DNA of 64,000 nucleotides from Batkoa obscura (Eukaryota): NCBI GenBank assembly GCA_030770535.1, contig JASVEC010000014.1, positions 682,001 to 746,000 of the forward strand, read 5' to 3'. Shown piece by piece: positions 11,314 to 24,195 of this stretch (position 1 is its first letter; each line of letters starts with the position of its first letter). The notes under the pieces were generated by a model. It saw only the letters and a program-made list of their open reading frames with translations, ran no database searches and was not told where the DNA came from. The position numbers and the translations under genes were made by a program.

Positions 11314-12781
11314 TTACTCCGATGCTAAATCATCTAATTGAATATCAAGGTTTGGAATTCGATTGGAAGCCACTCTTAATACTTGCATTCTCATTCTATC
11401 AAAATGATCTTGATTAAGAATTATGCTTTTTAAAGTATCCAAACAATTTTTAGGTGATATTTCATGACGATTGAATTTTTCTATAACTATAAATAAAAGT
11501 TAATAAATTAATATTACTAATATCAATATTATTAAAATAATTTTTTAATGTTTATTATTATTATCCTTACCATCTTTAAATATATTGAATTCTGGAGTAT
11601 CTAATGTAGCAACAATTTCACCATAAACTTCTTCCATAGTAGTACTAAATTCTATATCTTTAGTATCTTCCCCTCCTTCAGTTTCTAAATCATTAGTATT
11701 TGTATACGTTTTTTTAAAAAATATTGAACTAGGATCTAATAAATTAATTAAATACTTTTATATTTTGATTCTTTCTTTTGTATCTACCTGGATTAAATTC
11801 ACTTTCATCCATATTTAAAGACGGTGAAGTAGGCTAAATATACTTTTAAATCTAGATTTTAATAAAATAGAAATAAAACTTACGTTTTTAGCTACTCTCG
11901 TAGCCGAATTTGAATTAGATATCATATCAATATCAAATTTATTGTTGATTTTGTGATTGTATTTGTTCTAATTGAAAAATACAATTATAAATTAATTAAA
12001 AATATTGGAAATATTAAAAACAATATAGCTTACTGTACTATTATATTGATGTTTAGAAGAAGTTGGTGAAAACAAATTTCTTTTTGGTATAATTTTTTCT
12101 TCTTCAATAGCTAAACTTTGTTCAATAAACTCTTCATTAATAGGTATTGGTCCAGTGCCACTTAAATTAATAAGTTTCTATAAATTTATATGAATTTTGT
12201 TCACTTTTAAATATTTCGATTTAATCTTATATCCTATAATTACCTTCTTAAAACGATCCAATTCAGCAGTCTAATAAAATAAAGGTAATATTATCAGTTG
12301 AATTTAGCATAACAAACAATAATAAACTTACATATCTTCTTAGCTGATTATATTTTTCAACCAATTGTTTTTGATCCCTTAAAACATCGTTATGTTTAAA
12401 TTCTAAATCTTGATATTTTTTATCTTTTAAATTAATATTTAATTGTAATTTTTCAACACTATTCTCTAATTCGGCTATTTTTCTTTCTTGATTAACGGAA
12501 TATATTTTCATCCTTTGAATCACCCCTTCCATTTCATGTACTTTTTCCTTATAACTTTCTTGAATCGTTTTTAGTGCATTGTTGATCTAAATTATTATTA
12601 AAAAATTCTTTGATACTGAGGTTAAGCTGAAATTTACCTTTCTATCATGATGACTATCACTATTATAAGCAAGTATATTGCTACTAGCTCTACTACCATT
12701 CACTTCATTTCCTCGAACTTCACTGTTATCACTTCTTCTCCTTAAACTATCTTTTACTTGGGGTAGCCTTGATACCGACAT
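11314..12781 (-). CDS. Multi-exon coiled-coil protein with C-terminal PAH-like helical domain
   Basis: Exons 12587-12781 and 12263-12532 (coiled coil) plus small GT-AG exons; ends VIEKFNRHEISPKNCLDTLKSII...DDLASE*. Confidence 0.65.
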
Positions 12782-12991
12782 TGGAGATTTTATTAAAACA
12801 ATTTAATTCCTTAATTTAATCCTTGATTTTGGTTATTGGTTCTTGAGTTTCTCCCTTATATTTCTTAGATGCAAAAATAGTTGCTTAATTTGGTTTTAGT
12901 TCTTTGCATTGGAATTTAGTTAATAAGCTCAATATTTGAATTTTATAAGGTTTTAATTTAATTTGTTAAAGGGGAAATTAAAATCGCTCAA

Positions 12992-13064
12992 GCTCCGTTA
13001 GCTCAGTTGGCAGAGCGTGGTGCTAATAACGCTAAGGTCATAGGTTCAAGCCCTATACGGAGCA
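12992..13064 (+). tRNA. tRNA-Ile(AAT)
   Basis: GCTCCGTTAGCTCAGTTGGCAGAGCGTGGTG-CTAATAA-CGCTAAGGTCATAGGTTCAAGCCCTATACGGAGCA, followed by a T6 run. Confidence 0.96.
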
Positions 13065-13671
13065 ATTACCATTTTTTATGGCAAGGTTTTTTTTTGTCTT
13101 TTAGTTTAACTAATGATTAAATTTTGACTTAAAAGGTGAACAAAATACTGAAATATATATTATCAGTTTAATTATATTGAATTTATAAGTTTGAAAATTA
13201 TTAAAAACCTATTTAAATATAAAAACATTTTAAAAAAATGTACAGCTATTTGGTTTGAAGTAGATGAGATTTTTGAAAGTTGGCTTAATTAAGATTTAAA
13301 TCAATTCAAATGTTCTAATAATAGGTTACTATAAATAATTTAGGTTAGAAATAAAAAAACTTGATAAAGTAATATTTTTTATATTTTCTTGTTTATTAAT
13401 GCTAAAATTTAATTTTATAAAATTTTGATATTGTAAATCTAGATTTTTTAATTTTTTTCAAACTTTTTTTTAAAATTATATATTAGTATTATTAAAAATA
13501 TAACATGTTTTTTTGTTTTTATTTGCATTTGATCATTTTGATTTATTCATTGACTTATTACTTTACTTTCAATTTTGAAAGTGCTGCAATATAATTTATA
13601 TTAATCTCAGTAGCTTCAAAAACTAGAATTACTTTTTTACTTTTTATTTGTAATTATGAGAATTTATTATA

Positions 13672-13772
13672 TTGAGATGTTTTTTTTGATTTCATCACTT
13701 TTTCCATTTTTTAAGCACTGTTTAAGCAAAAAGATTGTTAGTAGAATTCTTAAACAAAAGAACATGTTCACA
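13672..13772 (-). mobile_element. MITE family A copy (diverged)
   Basis: TTCATCACTTTTTCCATTTTTTAAGCAC...TTCTTAAAC, TA flanks. Confidence 0.8.
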
Positions 13773-13960
13773 TATATTTGTTAAAATAAAACTTGTTTAT
13801 AAAAGTTTACTTATAAAAAACTGGTTGCTTCATTTTATTTTATTTTGTTTTACTTTATCTTATCTATATAAAATTAATATTCACTAATATTTTTATTATT
13901 TTAAAACTTTACTAGTTATTTTATAAATAGTGTTCATTTAGTTTTTGGTTTAGTTTATTA

Positions 13961-14139
<179 letters not shown>

Positions 14140-15248
14140 TTTTTCTTATGCTTATTTAATTTATTTTTAATTTTTTTGAAGCTAGTATCATTTTTATTAA
14201 TAATATACTTGTAAATATACCCCCTTATAATTTCTTATTGCTGCTCTCATATTTTAAGTCTTTGTAGTTTAAGTTTTATTTTTCCTAATATTAGTAGCTT
14301 TTTAAAATTTACTAAATAACTCATTATGTTTCTTAAATTTTCTTTAAATTTAATAAACCTTTTTTAAAAACTGGAATTAAATTGATAAAATTTTTACTTG
14401 TTAGTTTACTAATTACACTAGATTTAAAAATAAATTAAGCATTTGGCTTTTTAATTTTGTTTTTAGTTAATTTATTTAAAAATATTTTTTAAGTAATCTT
14501 GAATAGTTTTTTATTCTCAATACTTCTATTATTAACTATGCTTTTTTTTTCACCTACTTTTTTTTCTTGTTACATATTATTAAACTGACAAATTACCATT
14601 ATTAAATACATTTAAAAAAAGCATTGCTATTAATTACTTTTAAAAAAATGCTGCATTCAAATGCTTTTGTTGATTTTTTTCTAGCCAAAATACAAACATA
14701 ACACTATTAAAATTTACTTAAAAAGAAGGGCTAATATACAACTCCGGAATAAGCTGGTTTTGTTATTTATTAAGCATATGAATACTTGAAAATTATTGAA
14801 TAGTAATCAATCATTATTATTAATATTTGTTTTTTATCTTTTCTTTTAGCAACTTAATGAGGCCACTTTTGATACATATTTTATATTTAATAAAGTTAGT
14901 TATATACATTTCAACATCATTTTAATACTTAAACTACCACAATAACCATCAAACTGGTCAAACGATTGATTTATAATTTACGTTTTTGATTATGTGTTCT
15001 AATAAGATATTCTCTACAGGTTGAATAAATGTGATTCACTGTTCCAGGTTGATGCTAATATATCACAGTTAAAATATAAAGAAATAATTATATACTGCTT
15101 ATGGTTAAAAGGTTTAAGATACAGTTGCTTTATCTAATTAACTTGACAAGAGTATGAAACCCTTGAAATAAAGGTAATCTATATATTTCAGCCTAGTTCG
15201 TAAATAAACAGGGTTATGATATCTTACGTTTTTAATAAAAATAATATC

Positions 15249-15348
15249 TAGGCATGCCTTTTTTTGTTTCAAAATTTTATTAAAAATTTTTCCGCTCAAA
15301 TAGCGCTTAAAAAATGGAAAAGTAATGGAATCAAAAAAAACATCACCA
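15249..15348 (+). mobile_element. MITE family A copy
   Basis: CCGCTCAAATAGCGCTTAAAAAATGGAAAAG...CATCACCA|TA. Confidence 0.85.
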
Positions 15349-15832
15349 TATATCTAAGTAATGTAAACATTCCTTTATTTATAACGTACGTTTGGTGCCA
15401 CTTAAATATGCTGACTAAAATGAAACCATAGTACACATAAATATCATTAATTCTATAGAACAGTATTTAAATATATGTAGTTAAAAGAATAACTACCATT
15501 ACATCGATTAATTATTCAACTCATATTTTTATAATCGAAAGCAACTTAAACAGCTAAAATAGATACCAATAAGTACATCACAGTCATAAAACCGGGAGAA
15601 AATAGAAATAAATTATAAAAATACAATAAACGTCATTTTAAAAGTATAAAAAAAGGGTGTAAAAACAGATAATAAATTTATTATAAACTGAAAATTTCGG
15701 AACAAGCGCCACCAAATCGACTTTGCATTGAAAACTATAAATAAACCTAAATTTATTTTATATCAATTCTGCTTTCAATTGAATAAACTTTTTCATTCTA
15801 TTATACACTTGGGCTTTTGCTTTTTTTTGATA

Positions 15833-16615
15833 ATGCCACGTCTATCTACCAGAAAATATTGCAACTCCAAGAAGCCCCTTAAATCAGGTAAACAAGTTAA
15901 GTCTACCACCACTCCCAATGCCAAAAAAAATCTACAAAGGGGACCAAGGGCAGTTGCTTGTGATAATTGTAGAAATTGGAAAAAAGAGTGTTCTAAAGAT
16001 CGATTTCCGGGGTGTAAAAGCTGTGTTAGTAAAAAGAAAAAATGTACATATTCATATGCTGATACAAAAAATAAAACTGGTATCACGGATTTTACCGAGA
16101 ATGAAACCAAGGCATTAAGCCTACCAGTTTCACCATCAGCACCTATTTATCGGGAAAATAACGTGACAGCCATTCCAGTTCTTGAAAAACCTTTAAATTG
16201 TTCTCCTAAGAAATTGGATCCTGAGTTAAAAGTACCACGTTGCACTCCAGTTTCAAATTTGCCACCACAATACCACAGGAGTAGGATGAATAGTATGCCG
16301 GAATTACCAAGCTTTTCATCAGTATTTGGATCATTGCTTGCCTCAGTATCGAAGCCGAGCACTCAATTCAATAGAGCTAGATTGAATAGTTTGCCACAAT
16401 TGCCGAAATTATCAACCGTAGTTGAAAACCTTCCATCACTTCAATCATCAAGAGTTAATTTACTTAATCATTTACCTCCTATAGCTAATTTATCACCAGC
16501 AATAAGTTATTCTACGCCGCCTCAATCATTGGAACTTGATTTGGGTAATTATTTACCTCCTATAGTTGGTAACCCTGAATTTAAAACAAAATGTTCATAC
16601 TATCGTTTAAATTAA
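15833..16615 (+). CDS. Zn(II)2Cys6 zinc-cluster transcription factor (260 aa)
   Basis: ACDNCRNWKKECSKDRFPGCKSCVSKKKKCTY; first in-frame ATG 15833; Pro/Ser-rich C-terminus. Confidence 0.9.
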   Translation: MPRLSTRKYCNSKKPLKSGKQVKSTTTPNAKKNLQRGPRAVACDNCRNWKKECSKDRFPGCKSCVSKKKKCTYSYADTKNKTGITDFTENETKALSLPVSPSAPIYRENNVTAIPVLEKPLNCSPKKLDPELKVPRCTPVSNLPPQYHRSRMNSMPELPSFSSVFGSLLASVSKPSTQFNRARLNSLPQLPKLSTVVENLPSLQSSRVNLLNHLPPIANLSPAISYSTPPQSLELDLGNYLPPIVGNPEFKTKCSYYRLN

Positions 16616-18111
16616 TATATATAAGTTTGCTTTTAACCATCATTACTTTCTAATCTGATAATTTATTGTTTTATTAAAAACTACTATTGTATCCTTGAAC
16701 GATGTCAATTGTATATTAAGAACAATTCAGGGATGAATGTTTCATATTTTTATATTTTATAGGAAAATTTTGCTATAACAAGGTAAAGATACTAAAATGA
16801 TTAAACTTTGCATTCATTATGTTCCAAGCTGATCTCAACAGTGATATGCTATAATCTAATCTAGTACAATCACTTAAAATGCTATCAAAACAATTTAAAT
16901 AAAATTAATAGTAACCTTATCATACTACATTCTTAATATTTGGTATGGAAATTAATTTAAGCTACCAGATTTTATAAAATAAAAGCTTACATGTAACATT
17001 TTATCTCTATTTTTTTTGCACCCAGATTTGAAGATTTGCATTTTTATTACCTGTAGAAGAATCAATGTATTATCTATATTTTTCAATTTTTTAAAGAAAA
17101 TTTCAAAAACTTTGACATTTGTTCCTTATTAGACCTACAAAATCAACAAGTTGACGGTGTTTACGGAGGAAAGGTTTCAAAGAGTGGTTGGCTTTTGTAG
17201 GAGAATGTAACTTTATTTATTGCCACTGACTGAGTTTGTCTAGGAAGAAAAATATTAGGAAGTAAAGAAAAAAATACTCAGAAACAATCAGACCAAGTAG
17301 CCGCAGGTGTAACTCGTTAGAGATAAGGTGATTATAAACTGGAAATAAGGATTTTGGGGGTATTGTTTCAGGCTGAGTAAGAGCTTGGTGTGTCTCGAAT
17401 AAATAAAATCATCCAATGGATTATCGCGTCAAGTGATGTTTCATATAGTCAGAGGATAGATATATATTATTATCTATGTCAGGCAATTTAGTCGAGAGGA
17501 GGATAAGGAAATTAAAAACAGGGTCAAAGAAAATCAAATATTTAGCTTTAATCCCTGAGCTTTTGGTATTGTTTAATCAGTTATATGCCGATTCTATTAA
17601 CTTTCTAAAATTAATAGGAAGAAATAAAGACTTTTCAAATTCAATGTAAGTATGGATATTTCAAAACTATTAATTATTAGACATTCGGTAACTAATGGAT
17701 AGAAATAGTACAAAAACATTCATGTTAGTAGACAATTTTTCAAATATTTGTATCAATTCTTTGATCCTAATCAGCAAATAGGTAGCTTTGTTGAATATAC
17801 TGAGCTGCAATAAAATATAAGTTATTTTGGAATGATCAAATCAGACATAGTAAGTGACACAAAATAAATATAATTATATTATGTACTATTTATTATTACA
17901 TAAAAAAGCGATAGTGGATTATATAACCTTTAGTGTTTAAAATGCACAAAAAAAGTTCAAAAATTTGTGATGTAATGCTTTTTTTCTGGCAATAGATAGG
18001 CTTTTACATGATAGAAGCGGAAATACTATCTCTGTAGTATATACTTGCTTTGAGCAACCCTATATTTTATAAACAATAACAAACAATAAATAATCTATGC
18101 TCAAACATATC

Positions 18112-19206
18112 TTAATAGGATTCAATAAAAGTTCCATGAATTGTAATGTAATATTGGTATTAAAATTCTGTAATATATATAATGCCATTAAAACAACTTG
18201 ATAAATGATAGTAAAATAAAAAAGTGGCATTTTATCATATTAGATTAGTTCTTAAATAGTGGGAATCATAAACAAACATAGTATTTTGTCACATTTAAGT
18301 AAAACAATAAAAGCGATTTTGTTGTTCTTTATCATTTCATTTGGTGATAAAAGTTTATTTGTGTTATTAAACGCTTTATCTTCTAGATATATTGATTTAT
18401 AAATATTAGTTTTTGGATAAAGTTATATAACACAAGCTAGCATCTGATACCTTTATTGATTATTAATAAATATCATTATACTTTGTATTTTATTCAATAA
18501 TATAGATTGAATATTTATGTTAATTTGATAGCTAAATAAAGTTTAAATCTAAATTTAACTTTAACTTTTGAATAATAATACTATTATGTATCATTATTGT
18601 ACCAAAAGTAAGCTTCTATCAAGTACAATGCGTTTATTGTTTTATAAATGAATTATTTTCGCATCATGTATTAAACTAAAGATGGCCTATTATAACAGTA
18701 GACCATCAAAGTAAAAAGAGCGAAAATGTGCACAATGATGTACATTTTAATAATAATAAAGCAGCTTAGTGTGTTTTAATAGTGACATTACATGTAGTTA
18801 TATGAATCATAGATGGAGTTGAAAGCATATAAAAAGAGTGATTGAGATTTCAAAAAAAGACATCAGCTTTTATTAGTTATACTCAAATCTTAAATATGAA
18901 ATTGCAATCTATTTTATCTACTGCTTTCTTTACTTTATCTGTTATTTCGGCTAATGTGGCTCCTGCTACTGGTGGTGTTCAATATAACCTTGCCACTGAA
19001 ATCCGATCATGCGGTGCTGCTGGATCTTGTGAAGGTTTTGGAGGAGCTGACCTTTGTAACGATCGTTGCAAACAATGTACCGATAGCAACGGTAAACCAT
19101 ATGGTCGTGGTGCCTGCTGTGGCTTCGGATGGCAAAGCTGCTGCTGTTATTATTCATAAATAATAAATCAATTTTTGTCAAAATATTGGAATTTTGTCTA
19201 TATTTT
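18112..19206 (+). repeat. Left arm of 1095-bp inverted duplication
   Basis: Reverse complement of 19999..21093; paired coordinates sum to 39205 at both ends and at the CDS. Confidence 0.95.
18896..19159 (+). CDS. Secreted 10-Cys defensin/macin-like peptide (87 aa), copy 1
   Basis: Signal peptide MKLQSILSTAFFTLSVISA; C-x5-C-x8-CNDRCKQC...GRGACC...SCCCYYS; TATAAAA at 18828. Confidence 0.88.
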   Translation: MKLQSILSTAFFTLSVISANVAPATGGVQYNLATEIRSCGAAGSCEGFGGADLCNDRCKQCTDSNGKPYGRGACCGFGWQSCCCYYS

Positions 19207-19998
19207 TAATACTTCATAATTGAAAACTATACTTTATGGTAAGGATTATTTAGTATCTCACAATTAAAATAGGTTGGAAACTCAATTAATAATATTCAAC
19301 TTTATACTCAAATTTATTTTATATTTTTTAGTATAGCGATTATAGTATTAAGAGGTTCTATATCATCTTTCCTCAATTTCGTAAAATTAAGGAAATCAAA
19401 ATACTATTATAAGTGATTTCGTATTAAATGATAGCAGCAGTTGGATGTTATAGGTTAACTAAAAATAATATAAAGTTCTAAAATCATTAGTATTGATATT
19501 AGTAATAGACGGTCAAACTACTTTCTAATGTTATTAATTTTTGTTGCCTGCTGTTAGTGAAGACTGGTTTTTAAGTCTCTATGGTTCTTAAGTCTACTTG
19601 AAAGTCATTATTATAAAGACTTGTTTTTATTAGAAATTAATTAGAAATTCACCTATTCAACTATTTCACTATATTTTTTACCTATCACCTATTGCTAAAA
19701 TACTTTATACAAGGTTTTAACTAATACCCAGTATTTTCAGATCGATTTTGAAAAGTGATCTTAAATCAAATTGTATAAGTCTTAAAAGCTTTAGGTATCA
19801 TTATTCTTAAATAATTAGATTTTATAAATATCATATAGGCGAATCTTAAGTAAATTAATCTTATGTTATCTCCTGTTTTGTTGTCATATTTATAATGTTT
19901 TAAAATTCACATATCTTTTTTAGACACATCATGATATTTTATCATATTATAGGAACTTAAAGCGAGAAAACAATTAAAATGTTAATACACTTCCGAAT

Positions 19999-21093
19999 AA
20001 AATATAGACAAAATTCCAATATTTTGACAAAAATTGATTTATTATTTATGAATAATAACAGCAGCAGCTTTGCCATCCGAAGCCACAGCAGGCACCACGA
20101 CCATATGGTTTACCGTTGCTATCGGTACATTGTTTGCAACGATCGTTACAAAGGTCAGCTCCTCCAAAACCTTCACAAGATCCAGCAGCACCGCATGATC
20201 GGATTTCAGTGGCAAGGTTATATTGAACACCACCAGTAGCAGGAGCCACATTAGCCGAAATAACAGATAAAGTAAAGAAAGCAGTAGATAAAATAGATTG
20301 CAATTTCATATTTAAGATTTGAGTATAACTAATAAAAGCTGATGTCTTTTTTTGAAATCTCAATCACTCTTTTTATATGCTTTCAACTCCATCTATGATT
20401 CATATAACTACATGTAATGTCACTATTAAAACACACTAAGCTGCTTTATTATTATTAAAATGTACATCATTGTGCACATTTTCGCTCTTTTTACTTTGAT
20501 GGTCTACTGTTATAATAGGCCATCTTTAGTTTAATACATGATGCGAAAATAATTCATTTATAAAACAATAAACGCATTGTACTTGATAGAAGCTTACTTT
20601 TGGTACAATAATGATACATAATAGTATTATTATTCAAAAGTTAAAGTTAAATTTAGATTTAAACTTTATTTAGCTATCAAATTAACATAAATATTCAATC
20701 TATATTATTGAATAAAATACAAAGTATAATGATATTTATTAATAATCAATAAAGGTATCAGATGCTAGCTTGTGTTATATAACTTTATCCAAAAACTAAT
20801 ATTTATAAATCAATATATCTAGAAGATAAAGCGTTTAATAACACAAATAAACTTTTATCACCAAATGAAATGATAAAGAACAACAAAATCGCTTTTATTG
20901 TTTTACTTAAATGTGACAAAATACTATGTTTGTTTATGATTCCCACTATTTAAGAACTAATCTAATATGATAAAATGCCACTTTTTTATTTTACTATCAT
21001 TTATCAAGTTGTTTTAATGGCATTATATATATTACAGAATTTTAATACCAATATTACATTACAATTCATGGAACTTTTATTGAATCCTATTAA
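19999..21093 (-). repeat. Right arm of 1095-bp inverted duplication
   Basis: Reverse complement of 18112..19206. Confidence 0.95.
20046..20309 (-). CDS. Secreted 10-Cys defensin/macin-like peptide, copy 2 (identical to copy 1)
   Basis: Same translation as 18896..19159. Confidence 0.88.
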   Translation of the reverse strand: MKLQSILSTAFFTLSVISANVAPATGGVQYNLATEIRSCGAAGSCEGFGGADLCNDRCKQCTDSNGKPYGRGACCGFGWQSCCCYYS

Positions 21094-21259
21094 ACTTATA
21101 TCATCATATTTATCATCCATTATCATACGACTTGTACCAATGATAATAGTTCAATTTACTTATATAGCAAAGGGACTCTTTAATCACATTTATGGCACAA
21201 TTATGTATGTATTATTGGGAAGGAAACTATTAAATTAGAAAGTGCATAAAACAAATACA

Positions 21260-21325
21260 TGGGAGGTGTTTTTTTGGCTTTATCACTCTTTTTATCTTTT
21301 AAGCGCTATTTGAGTGGAAAGATTG
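21260..21325 (-). mobile_element. MITE family A, truncated copy
   Basis: TGGGAGGTGTT...TTTTAAGCGCTATTTGAGTGGAAAGATTG then breaks off. Confidence 0.8.
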
Positions 21326-21675
21326 AAGTTGTAGATTTTATTGGTGTATTTTTGTCCAACAAGTAAAAAATAATCAAATTGATTTTTGCACATTGTTCGG
21401 ATTTTTTTACTACTTTGGCTAGCTCCTTTTTATTTGAATGATAGAGCATTTTAAAAATACTACCTATTTATAAGTTAGAAGTCAAAATTTTAATAAAAGG
21501 TTTCTGCTCAAATTGATGTTTTTAATGTTAGTATGTTGACACACACTTAAGTATCTGCTTTTGTTTTTATGGAAGAGTTGTAGTAATTGTTCAAAAGCCT
21601 TGAGCAACATTTATCATAGTAAAATTTAAAGTTTGCAAAAAGCTTACACACATTTATTGAATTCTTATTAGTTTA

Positions 21676-21891
21676 TGAGGATGTATTTTTGTGTTTAAGA
21701 ATTTTGCTAACAAATTTTCCGCTTAAATAGCGCTTAAAAATGGAAAAAATAATGAAGTTAAAAAAGACACTCCCTTATGTTATATTATAAGCATGTAGGA
21801 ATGTATTTTTTGTTTAAGAATTTTACTAACAATCTTTCCACTCAAATAGTGCTTAAAAGATAAAAAAAGTGATGAAACCGAAACATCCACA
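21676..21891 (+). mobile_element. Two tandem MITE family A copies (21676-21775, 21796-21891)
   Basis: Both carry GATGTA/AATGTA TTTTT..TTTAAGAATTTT..AAATAG(C/T)GCTTAAAA. Confidence 0.87.
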
Positions 21892-22798
21892 TATAATTAA
21901 TTGGATTTTTATTGATTATTATTATTAACTCTATTTAAGTAGATTTAGGTGTCTCCATTTTTAAGATATATCAACAGTAATAAATAAATAAAAATAGATG
22001 CATTAAATCTTTATAAAAATGTGACACTGTGACATTCTATAGAATACTGCGTTATAGTAGCTGTCAAAATATTATTTTCTCTCCAAAATAATACTTGTTA
22101 TGCTTAACTTTATTTTATCTATTTGTTTTAAAATTTTTAAGACCTATGAAAGTCAAGACCTAGGTGCTATACTGACTAGAATAAAAGGTGTAAAAAAGGT
22201 CTTGAATTGGCTAGTTCAAGGTGGCATTAAATATGAGATATAAAAAATCAATAAAGGGGAGTTTATCTAGTATGGCTCCAAAGAGTTTAAATTCTGATAG
22301 GCTCCATGAGGTCCGAGTCTGTCCTTTGGCTTAGAAAGCAAACTAGTTTGCCAGAGGGACAATATTGGAGGAGGGCTTAGGTTTTATAAATAAGAGAGAT
22401 TCAAAACTAATTTGAATAATTTAACAACTTGAATCTATAATGAGAGCCTGTGAAGCGGCTGATATAGGTAGGCAGGTATGAGAAGTTGGCTGTATCTACT
22501 CGTGATCATACTTTTAAATGAGTCACTCATTTATGTAATATTTTACAGTGGCTATAAAAGATATTAAATTTGAATAACGTTTTTTATTAAATCTACCATC
22601 ATTAAATTTGAGATGGTAAAAAAGCTCCATTATAGCGAGGTGTTATAAAATAATTCTATTATACAAAACACTGACTTTTCAACTAAAATGAAGTGTAAGA
22701 AAAAGTAAGATAAACAATAAACTTTTTGATACATTCGTTTATTTTCATGAATAAAAATAGGCGTGTAAGCCCTTATAATTTAGGGTTCCTATATTAAT

Positions 22799-23035
22799 TT
22801 ATTGATAGTAACAGCAGCAAGAAAGCCATAACCAGCCACAGCATTCACCGCGATGATACATGCCAGTTGGTCCAGAGCATCTTTTACAGCGATCGTTACA
22901 AAGATCACCTCCACCTGGACCTTCACAAGAGCCAGCAGCACCACATTCTTGGATCTCGGTAGCAAGTTTACCATCTGGAGTAGCAGCAAATACAGATGCA
23001 ATGGTAACTAAAGCTAAAGCAAGTTGAAATTTCAT
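22799..23035 (-). CDS. Secreted 10-Cys defensin/macin-like peptide, paralog 3 (78 aa)
   Basis: Signal peptide MKFQLALALVTIASVFA; LATEIQECGAAGSCEGPGGGDLCNDRCKRC...RGECCGWLWLSCCCYYQ. Confidence 0.88.
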   Translation of the reverse strand: MKFQLALALVTIASVFAATPDGKLATEIQECGAAGSCEGPGGGDLCNDRCKRCSGPTGMYHRGECCGWLWLSCCCYYQ

Positions 23036-24195
23036 TTAAATTTATTATTAAATTGGTTGAATTGATTTTATTGATTTTATATTTAAATTGGGGGTTTATA
23101 TACTTTTACTCTATATGGCTTATTTATAAAGTAAAGCATAGGTGATGAAAGAAAATATTGACTTCTGTGTGTAATTATGTTAGGTAATAAACCAGATAAG
23201 CTATTTTATCATTAAACAATATTGATAGTATTATTGATTGATATTATAAATTCACAGTAAAATGAAATAACAGTTGGGGTAGGCATAGAATCAAAATGCA
23301 ACCATGGATAGATAAACTTTATGATTTCAAATTATTAACCTAAAAAGTACAGAAGCCAACAAACTGCGAACTTTGAACATTTTAGTTTATTGAAAAGTCT
23401 ATGCACATATTTAAAAACTTGATCAAAGTGATGTTGAAGGAGCTATTTTGACAGTATCTTGTTATTTTTAGTATATATGTATTAAAACATAGATCAAGAA
23501 TTCATCTTTGTTTATATTTTAAAACCATGTCCTAACTAAATATTGAGCTTCGCATTTTACTAAATACAAACAGTTGTATTTGTCTCAGTACTTGGGATTC
23601 TAAACATTAGTTATTATTTAACATAATAATAAAGCAATATATTTTGGATTAAACAAATTGTAAAATGGATAATGTACATATAATAAAGGATTTAAAGTTA
23701 TTCATTACCACTACTCGTGCTACTTTTGTGGAGATGTATTCCATAATAGCCTCACTTTGTAAATATTAGAGCTACCAGCAAATAGGTAAAACCAAAGTAC
23801 ACCAATATTAAACAAATCTTTAAGAATTGATATAGGTACTGAAGTAGTATTGATATGTAAATCAGTAGACCCAATTGATTCAATTCTATATTAAAATATA
23901 TTATATCAAAATAATAATTGTCACATTGGCTGACGTGATACGCTGGTATAAAATAAAATGAATTGATTAAGACAAAAATGGTATAACTTATAATAAATAC
24001 TATCTATTTTCAATTTGACATACTAAAAATGCTAAACGATAAATAATGATAATTAAAATCTACTAAGATTTAGGTAAATCACGGAGATTAAAGTTATGAT
24101 TTTTAGAATTTTAATTAAAGTAGGGCAATGTTGACATCTATATGGCCTAAAAAAGAAATAATGGCATACTTTAACTTATTTTAATCATCACATTA

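Noticed and set aside
15793..16362. Antisense or alternate-frame ORFs over the Zn2Cys6 gene (also over MFS, STT3, GT15, YME2 and RNase H2B)
   Set aside because: Shadow ORFs of well-supported genes.
17140..17560. Purine-rich, higher-GC patch with FRLSKSL, faintly like copia reverse transcriptase; similar patches at 22140-22520 and 40900-41230
   Set aside because: No second supporting motif, LTR or open frame; may be TE debris but cannot be called.
18954..20251. His-rich and alternate-frame ORFs (18954, 18966, 19979, 20042; also 22789)
   Set aside because: Overlap the signal-peptide Cys-rich genes; duplicated only because of the inverted repeat.
18112..21093. Inverted duplication as a TIR transposon
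   Set aside because: Arms are a gene plus promoter, the spacer has no transposase and no flanking target-site duplication is evident.
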